32,552 bases of DNA from Candidatus Staskawiczbacteria bacterium (GTDB lineage: Bacteria; Patescibacteriota; Minisyncoccia; Minisyncoccales; Staskawiczbacteraceae), in contig VGLO01000003.1 in the NCBI GenBank assembly GCA_016866675.1, positions 1-32,552 of the forward strand, read 5' to 3'. Made by a program: the position numbers and the translations under genes. The first letter of the stretch is position 1. Every line of letters starts with the position of its first letter. This document shows, in pieces, positions 26,167 to 32,552 of this stretch. The notes under the pieces are model-generated. The model had not been told where the DNA came from, ran no database searches, and saw only the letters and a program-made list of their open reading frames with translations.

Positions 26167-27024
26167 CTAATATGCTTTCTTCTCGTTGATAAGTTTATCA
26201 TATTCATCGACCAACTTTTTTGCCTCAATTGTTTTTCGGGTATATTCTTCTTTCTTAGCTTCATCTCTTGTATTAGAAGCAAGTTCACTAAGATGCCAAA
26301 AGAAATCGCGAACTACCTGCATTTTAATTAACTCTTCGTGAACTGGACTGTGAGGACCAGTAATTTTGCCAATCATGGGAACTACCATCTGAAGATACAT
26401 TTCTGAACCATTTTTCCATTGCTCCATTAAATCTAGGTATTCTCGCTCTAGTTGCTCTAAGGCTTTTTCGCCCCATTCTTCTCTGTATTTCTCCAGCATT
26501 ATTCGCTTTTCCACCCACTCCCGCCGATAACGATCATCTAGTGTTTCGGCCATGTCATTGCTGATATAGCCAAACTCTTCAGTTTTTTCTTCGTCAGACA
26601 CTTTGCCTAACTCGTCTCGCACCCATAGCAAGTCATTGTTTGCCTCAACCAGGTGACGGGGTATAAAATTGATTGATGGATACCACTCCCCCTCTGAGGT
26701 TTTTTGAGGTCTCCAAACTAAAAATTCAACATCCTCTTCTAAAGTATTTAGTTTTGGATCACTGTAACCTTCGTTTCTGCGTCGTCGCACGCCTATCACC
26801 TCTAAATCCTTTTTATCATCTTCCGCTAAATAGCTTATATTTTCACATGATACAGAACGGGGACTACCAAAAAAGATGAAGTGGCGATCAATCATCATTC
26901 TCTTTACCTGATCGCGTAATTGCTCTCGCTGTTCCTCGATAATTTCAGTGCTCGTCTCTTTCTCGGAGGACAACTCGTGTTCTTGCTTATTTTCATTGTT
27001 TTCAAATGGATTTTCAACAGACAT
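26167..27024 (-). CDS. Hypothetical acidic, helical protein
   Basis: 285-aa ORF filling the gap; extended -10 TGaTATAAT upstream at about 27056-27064; no recognised motif. Confidence 0.75.
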   Translation of the reverse strand: MSVENPFENNENKQEHELSSEKETSTEIIEEQREQLRDQVKRMMIDRHFIFFGSPRSVSCENISYLAEDDKKDLEVIGVRRRRNEGYSDPKLNTLEEDVEFLVWRPQKTSEGEWYPSINFIPRHLVEANNDLLWVRDELGKVSDEEKTEEFGYISNDMAETLDDRYRREWVEKRIMLEKYREEWGEKALEQLEREYLDLMEQWKNGSEMYLQMVVPMIGKITGPHSPVHEELIKMQVVRDFFWHLSELASNTRDEAKKEEYTRKTIEAKKLVDEYDKLINEKKAY

Positions 27025-27178
27025 GCTTTTTATTTTTTAGAATTTACTTTATTCAATTATATCAAAATATCATCGTATGATATATGGTGGGAGTAATATG
27101 CATATTCTTTTACATCATCGGTAAGATTGCCCATCACCATTATAAAAAGCAGGAACACTTGCGCAGAGGATAGATCGT

Positions 27179-27553
27179 TTAGTGAGATTCATGACCTTCC
27201 TTGCCGAATTCCTTTAGCGCTTTTTCTAAAATGGTTCTGTGATCTCTCTGCTTATCAATCTCTTCAAGGTCCCCCTTATGGCCTTCCATTCTAAATCTTA
27301 TCCGAGCTGCATCTTCCATTTTCTTTGCGTGCTCTATTTTCTCCTCTAGTAACTTGTGGGTGATTTGCTGCCCAGGGTTAAAAAAATCGTGATGCAGAGA
27401 TCCTCTTTCTTTGTAATCGGATATGTGGTGCCCTAAACCTCGTGAAGTAGTTTTATCCGAGGCTGATAAACTGATTTGTCTAAAACGATCCATGGACATT
27501 GTTTTTGGGAGGTCATTTTTAGGTTGTTTATTGGGTTGATTTGGTTGTTGCAT
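27179..27553 (-). CDS. Hypothetical protein (124 aa, basic and His-rich)
   Basis: ATG 4 nt after the ileS stop; the longer ORF start overlaps ileS and is unlikely. Confidence 0.6.
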   Translation of the reverse strand: MQQPNQPNKQPKNDLPKTMSMDRFRQISLSASDKTTSRGLGHHISDYKERGSLHHDFFNPGQQITHKLLEEKIEHAKKMEDAARIRFRMEGHKGDLEEIDKQRDHRTILEKALKEFGKEGHESH

Positions 27554-27557
27554 ACTA

Positions 27558-30473
27558 TTAATGTGATTTTTGAATTTTAATAAAAAAACTTGTATTGTCG
27601 ACCATAAATTCCTTTTGCAAACTATTTTGAGAAAATTCACCCTCATCTGAATACTCTTTTGCTCTAACTTCTTTTAGTAGAAATTCTTTATTTTTCTCTA
27701 AAGTATCTATCATAGATTTATCGCCAGAAAAAGAAACTATAATGATATCTTGAGGCTTTAACCCAGCTTCCTTTCTCATGTCTTGCACAAATCTAATAAC
27801 TTCTCTAATATTGCCTCGCTCTTTTAATTCCTTGGTAATAGTTGTGTCTAATTCTATATCTTTCTCTATTTTATCATCAAACACAATTTCCTCCAAATTC
27901 ACTTCATCTTTTACCAAATCTAACAACTCTTTATCATTTTTTATTTTTGACTTTGTATTTTTTACCTTAAGAGCCAATAAGGGCTGACGCACTTTAATTG
28001 CTTTCTGGGCGCGTTCTGCCAAAGCAAGTGTGACAATATGTCTCACTTCATCCATTTTTTCTTCCAATTCCAAATCAACATGATTTTCTGGCATTGGCCA
28101 AGATTCCAAGTGAACAGATTCTCTATTGTTTTCACCTTTAACTTTTTTAAAAATCATTTCAGCAGTAAAAGGAATAATTGGCGCAATTGTTTTTGAAAAA
28201 ACCAAGAGTACATTTCTTAAAACCTGTTCTGCATTTTTTTTGTCTTCTGATTCTTCTTTAAATCTAACTCTTGACCTTCTCACATACCACAAAGACAAAT
28301 CCTCAACAAAATCTTTAATCAACCTGCATGACTTTACAGTACTGTAATTATCCATATAAGAAGTAATTCCCTGTACATAATGATCTAGTTTACTCAAAAT
28401 CCATTTATCAAGTGTATTGCTTGGTACAATTTTTCCATCAATTGTCTCTTTGCTTGAATACATTGAATAAAACTCAACTACATTAAGGATTGTGTTAATT
28501 ACTCTATTTCTTGCATCTTTTACATCTTGGTCTTGAAAAAACAAATCTTCGCCGTCTTTTACAGAGCTAGACATTAAATAAAACCTTAGGGGGTCAACTC
28601 CATACTGATTAATAATTGCCCACGGATCAGTATAATTTTGCTTTGACTTTGAAAGTTTTTCGCCCTTTTCATTTAGAATTGTTCCTGTTGAAACCACATT
28701 TTCAAATGAAATTTCATCAAAGAGAAGAATAGACAAAACATGCATATAATAAAACCAAGTTCTAGTTTGAGCCACATACTCTGAAATATATTGAGCTGGT
28801 AATCTCTTTTTAAAATCAGCTTTATTTTCAAAAGGATAGTGGAGCTCTGCAAAAGGCATACTCGAGGACTCAACCCAACAATCAATAACCTCTGGAATCC
28901 TTTTCATTTCTTTCTTGCAGTCTTTGCACTTAATTTTAATTTTATCTACTTTATCTTTATGTAAATCCACTTTTTCTATTTCGTCTGAATCAAAAACTTC
29001 ATCAAAGTTTAATGCTTTCTTTTTTAAATCTGTAAATGACCCAATACATTCTTTGTGTCCATTTTCACAAACGAAAAATGGTAGTGGTGTAGCCCAATAT
29101 CTATTTCTTGATATATTCCAATCTGGGGCACCCTCTAAAATATTCAAAAATCTGCCGTTTTTTAAGTGGTCAGGATACCAATTTATTTTTTCATTAAGCT
29201 TTATTATCTTCTTTTTGTCTTTCTGAATATTAATAAACCAAGCTGAGACAGCATTGTAAAAAAGTTGCGTGCCACACCTCCAGCAAAAAGGGTATGAATG
29301 AGTGTGTTGTTGTTTTGCAAACAAAAGACCTCTTTTTTCCAAATCATCCTTAATAAACTTTTCTGACTGCTTAAAGTACTTGCCTTTGATGAATTCTGGG
29401 GCGTTGCTGTTAAAGGACCCTGCTCCATCTAAAAGAGGTACCATTGGCAAATCCAATCTTACGCCCAAGTTATAATCATCTTCTCCATATATTACAGCCG
29501 TATGAACAATTCCCGTACCATCCTCTGTATTAACAAAATCGGCTGATGCGACATACCAAGCTTTTTTACCTGAATCTAAAACAGCCTTTATCTCGTATAA
29601 CGGCTCGTATCCTAAACCAACCAGCTTTTTTCCAAAAAAAGTATTTTTAATCAAATACCCTTCTTTTGGAAAAACTGCACTCAATCTATCTTCAGCTAAA
29701 ATGTAATTTTGTCCTTCTAGTTCAATGTGAGCATAGGATATTTTTTCTCCCACTGCCAAAGCAATATTTCCGGGCAAAGTCCAAGGAGTTGTGGTCCATG
29801 CCAAAATATATGTGTTTTCTGGCAATTTAAACTTTTGAGGATTTTTTACTTTAAATTTTACTGTCACCGCCTCTTCGGTAATATCTTTATAACTATTATC
29901 CATTGAAACCTCCGCCTTTGAAACGGGAGTTTCACAATGCGGACAATACATTAAAACTTTTCTGCCTTCATATATTAACCCTTTGTCCCATAAGCTTTTT
30001 AAAGACCACCAAACAGACTCCATATAAGTAGAATCCATTGTTTTGTATGAATTATCAAAATCAACCCATCGGCCAATTCTATCTACCATTTTTTTCCATT
30101 CTTTTGTGTAAGTTAAAACTTTTTCTCTGCAAACTTGATTAAACTTAGCAACGCCAAGCTTTTCCTCAATATCTTTTTTACTATTAAGTCCTAATTCTTT
30201 TTCAACTAAATTTTCAATTGGCAACCCATGGCAATCCCAACCCCATCTTCTTCTTACATAAAAACCCTGCATTGTTTTATAGCGAGGGAAAACATCTTTT
30301 GATACCGAGCTTAATATATGCCCGTAATGAGGAAGTCCTGTAGCAAAAGGCGGGCCATCATAAAAAACAAATGGTTTTTTCTTTTTTGTTTGATCTAAGG
30401 ACTTCTCAAAAATTTTGTTGTCTTGCCAAAACTTGAGAATTTCTTCCTCGTTATCTATAAAACTATTAGCCAT
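27558..30473 (-). CDS. ileS: Isoleucine--tRNA ligase, type 2 (eukaryote/archaea-like)
   Basis: YDGPPFATGLPHYGH, GWDCHGLP, WTTTPWTLP, DWNISRNRYW, KLSKS; C-terminal A.IKVRQPL and RE.IR.VQ.MRK typical of IleRS2. Confidence 0.97.
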   Translation of the reverse strand: MANSFIDNEEEILKFWQDNKIFEKSLDQTKKKKPFVFYDGPPFATGLPHYGHILSSVSKDVFPRYKTMQGFYVRRRWGWDCHGLPIENLVEKELGLNSKKDIEEKLGVAKFNQVCREKVLTYTKEWKKMVDRIGRWVDFDNSYKTMDSTYMESVWWSLKSLWDKGLIYEGRKVLMYCPHCETPVSKAEVSMDNSYKDITEEAVTVKFKVKNPQKFKLPENTYILAWTTTPWTLPGNIALAVGEKISYAHIELEGQNYILAEDRLSAVFPKEGYLIKNTFFGKKLVGLGYEPLYEIKAVLDSGKKAWYVASADFVNTEDGTGIVHTAVIYGEDDYNLGVRLDLPMVPLLDGAGSFNSNAPEFIKGKYFKQSEKFIKDDLEKRGLLFAKQQHTHSYPFCWRCGTQLFYNAVSAWFINIQKDKKKIIKLNEKINWYPDHLKNGRFLNILEGAPDWNISRNRYWATPLPFFVCENGHKECIGSFTDLKKKALNFDEVFDSDEIEKVDLHKDKVDKIKIKCKDCKKEMKRIPEVIDCWVESSSMPFAELHYPFENKADFKKRLPAQYISEYVAQTRTWFYYMHVLSILLFDEISFENVVSTGTILNEKGEKLSKSKQNYTDPWAIINQYGVDPLRFYLMSSSVKDGEDLFFQDQDVKDARNRVINTILNVVEFYSMYSSKETIDGKIVPSNTLDKWILSKLDHYVQGITSYMDNYSTVKSCRLIKDFVEDLSLWYVRRSRVRFKEESEDKKNAEQVLRNVLLVFSKTIAPIIPFTAEMIFKKVKGENNRESVHLESWPMPENHVDLELEEKMDEVRHIVTLALAERAQKAIKVRQPLLALKVKNTKSKIKNDKELLDLVKDEVNLEEIVFDDKIEKDIELDTTITKELKERGNIREVIRFVQDMRKEAGLKPQDIIIVSFSGDKSMIDTLEKNKEFLLKEVRAKEYSDEGEFSQNSLQKEFMVDNTSFFIKIQKSH

Positions 30474-31034
30474 TTAATTTAGTTCTTTAATTTCGCCAGT
30501 GTGTATTTCTCTATCTTGCTTTATCGCCTCCACAAGAGAAATTCCATTAATAGTGCTCTTTAAAATCCACCAGAAAAATCCGTGCGTGACAATTAATATA
30601 TTTTTTCCTTTATAACTCTCCTCCATTGATTTTAGAAAGTTAGAAATTCTTTCGGCTAGTTGCTCATAATTTTCTCCTTCAGGAAATGCCTGTGTAATTC
30701 TGTGAGACTCTTGTTGAAAATAAGACTCTGACTCTTCTACTGTTTTTCCATTAAATTCTCCAAAATCAATCTCCCTTAACCTTTTATCAAAATTTATGGA
30801 CAAATTCAATTTTTCTGCAACAATCTGGGCAGTTTGTTTAGTTCTTAGCACATCAGAGGCAAATATTAAGTCAATATCCTTTTTAATAAGATCTTCTGAA
30901 GCAACCCTTATCATTTCTATACCAAGGCCGGTTAGCGGGTTTTCAAATGTTTCAGGAAAAGAAGAGCAAATGTTTTTAACATTTGATAAAGCTTCTCCGT
31001 GCCTCAATATATAGTACTTATTATTTAGTTTCAT
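30474..31034 (-). CDS. Histidine phosphatase family protein
   Basis: LRHGEA, SDVLRTKQTA, LREIDFG, LIVTHG. Confidence 0.92.
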   Translation of the reverse strand: MKLNNKYYILRHGEALSNVKNICSSFPETFENPLTGLGIEMIRVASEDLIKKDIDLIFASDVLRTKQTAQIVAEKLNLSINFDKRLREIDFGEFNGKTVEESESYFQQESHRITQAFPEGENYEQLAERISNFLKSMEESYKGKNILIVTHGFFWWILKSTINGISLVEAIKQDREIHTGEIKELN

Positions 31035-31100
31035 ATAAATTTCATACATTTTATTAAAATCACTCGCATAAGCTCAAGATAAGTGTTCGCTTACGCTCCC

Positions 31101-32552
31101 CTACATTCTCTCTGGTGCTGGAATACCCAATAACCAGAGTCCATTTTTAATAATAATTGAGAATGCCCGTGTTAAAGCAACTTTATAGGGTGAGAATTCA
31201 TCGTTATTATCAACAATTTTGTTTTTTGAATAATAGCTATTAAACTCTCTGGCCAACTCAATAAGATAGGTGGCGATAATATGGGGCTCATACTTTTCAC
31301 CAGCCTCCTCAACAACTTCTGGAAAACGAACCATTATTTTTTCCAATTTCCTAACTTGAAGAGGAGTATTTTTAAAAGATGATTTTACCCTTTCTTTTTT
31401 TGATTTTTCCAAAACAGAGTTTGCTCTTACATGTGAATATTGTAAATATGGACCTGAATCTCCTTCAAATGAAATTGATTTTTCAAAGTCATAAATAATA
31501 TCTGAACCAATTGACTGTTTTAAAATTGAGTATTTTATTGCTCCAATTGAAATTTTTTCTAATTCACTGTCTTCTAAGTTTCTTTGTCCTACCTTTTTTT
31601 GAATTTCCTCTTTCACTTTTTCAATTAAAGAATCTGCTCCAATTACATTTCCAGTCCTTGAAGACATTTTGCCTTCCGGCAATCTCATCATCCCGTGTCC
31701 AATATGATGGGTTTTATCTCTTAAATCAGGAAAAATTTGGCTCATTGCAGACATTACTACTTTAAAATAATCATTGACTTCTTTTCCGGTAACAACAATA
31801 GATTTATCATATTTGTATTTTTTATACTTAAAATTTGCTAAGCCCAATTCTTTTGCCTCATAAGTTGGTAGCCCTTCAGAGTTTATAAAAACTCTTGTAT
31901 GAAGTCCCTTATTTTCTCCTTTAAAAACAATTGCCCCTTTATCTCCTTCATCAAAAACACTTCCAATATTTTTTTCTACAATTTTTTTTCCAAAACCAGC
32001 AACTTGGCTTTCAAAGATTATTTCATTAAACTTTGTGCCAAGCTTTTTGTATATTAAATTAAAATAGTCAATGCTCCACTTTTTACCTTCGTCATACAAC
32101 TTATTAACTGATTTATCTGACTTCTCAAAAATCTTCTTATTTAATTCAACAATTTCTCTTTTTGAGATTTCACCTTCTTCGTACTGTTTGTTTCCAAAAA
32201 CATAGGATTCCTGCCAATTATAATTAGGGTTTTTTAACTTTCCATAAATTGCCTTTGCAATTGAAATGCCAACATCGCTTTGATAACAAAGTCTTTTTAT
32301 TTTAGATCCCTCAAACTCTAAAACCCTAGAAATTGACTCTCCAATAACATTGCTCATTAAATGGCCAATATGAAATTCCTTTAAAATGTTTGGGTCTGTA
32401 TATTCAATAATTATCTTTTTGTTTTTAAAATTATTATTTCTTCCAAAGTTTTTATCAATCTTTTTTAATTCATTAATAAAAACTTCTTTTGATAAGTAAA
32501 AATTAATAAATCCTGGGCCGGCAACCTCAACTTTTTCAAATAACTTATTTTT
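31101..32552 (-). CDS. argS: Arginine--tRNA ligase, 5'-truncated by the window edge
   Basis: The frame is open to the window end: VAGPGFINF, EYTDPN..KEFHIGH, KMSSRTG, GDSGPYLQYSHVR, LLGI.APERM. Confidence 0.97.
   Translation of the reverse strand, partial: KNKLFEKVEVAGPGFINFYLSKEVFINELKKIDKNFGRNNNFKNKKIIIEYTDPNILKEFHIGHLMSNVIGESISRVLEFEGSKIKRLCYQSDVGISIAKAIYGKLKNPNYNWQESYVFGNKQYEEGEISKREIVELNKKIFEKSDKSVNKLYDEGKKWSIDYFNLIYKKLGTKFNEIIFESQVAGFGKKIVEKNIGSVFDEGDKGAIVFKGENKGLHTRVFINSEGLPTYEAKELGLANFKYKKYKYDKSIVVTGKEVNDYFKVVMSAMSQIFPDLRDKTHHIGHGMMRLPEGKMSSRTGNVIGADSLIEKVKEEIQKKVGQRNLEDSELEKISIGAIKYSILKQSIGSDIIYDFEKSISFEGDSGPYLQYSHVRANSVLEKSKKERVKSSFKNTPLQVRKLEKIMVRFPEVVEEAGEKYEPHIIATYLIELAREFNSYYSKNKIVDNNDEFSPYKVALTRAFSIIIKNGLWLLGIPAPERM

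Noticed and set aside
1-32552. CRISPR array, integron, IS, prophage or complete DGR
   Set aside because: No spaced repeat array, integrase, transposase, phage structural gene, reverse transcriptase or template repeat was seen. The remaining short ORFs overlapping core genes are shadows.

Overview
AT-rich bacterial chromosome segment (housekeeping lines I counted are about 30% GC). Compact gene packing, promoters directly abutting start codons, a trimmed Mfd, an alpha2-type GlyRS and a type-2 IleRS suggest a Patescibacteria/CPR (Parcubacteria-like) genome; this is inference. A + strand block (pth, mfd, dprA, topA, rel, GIY-YIG, tRNA-Leu) converges on a long - strand block carrying five aminoacyl-tRNA synthetases (argS, ileS, glyQS, metG, leuS), plus recO, tatD, tsaC, glyA and membrane proteins. 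Five things stand out. (1) A 1.17-kb unit (6951-8117) is bounded by a perfect 20-bp inverted repeat and holds a palindrome-interrupted duplicate of the tRNA-Leu 5' end, a GIY-YIG nuclease, the intact tRNA and a 2H phosphoesterase. (2) Three solitary genes each carry a strong SD and their own terminator, two also with a TTGACA promoter: a ~60% GC csrA, a ~58% GC gene with one in-frame stop that resembles CPR DGR-target proteins, and a putative beta-barrel exported protein. (3) A ~160-nt rod-like inverted repeat is a candidate 6S-like ncRNA or MITE. (4) A nested palindrome sits in frame within leuS. (5) Mfd and Rel show degenerate domains or motifs. All assignments come from motif reading and recall; no database search was run.
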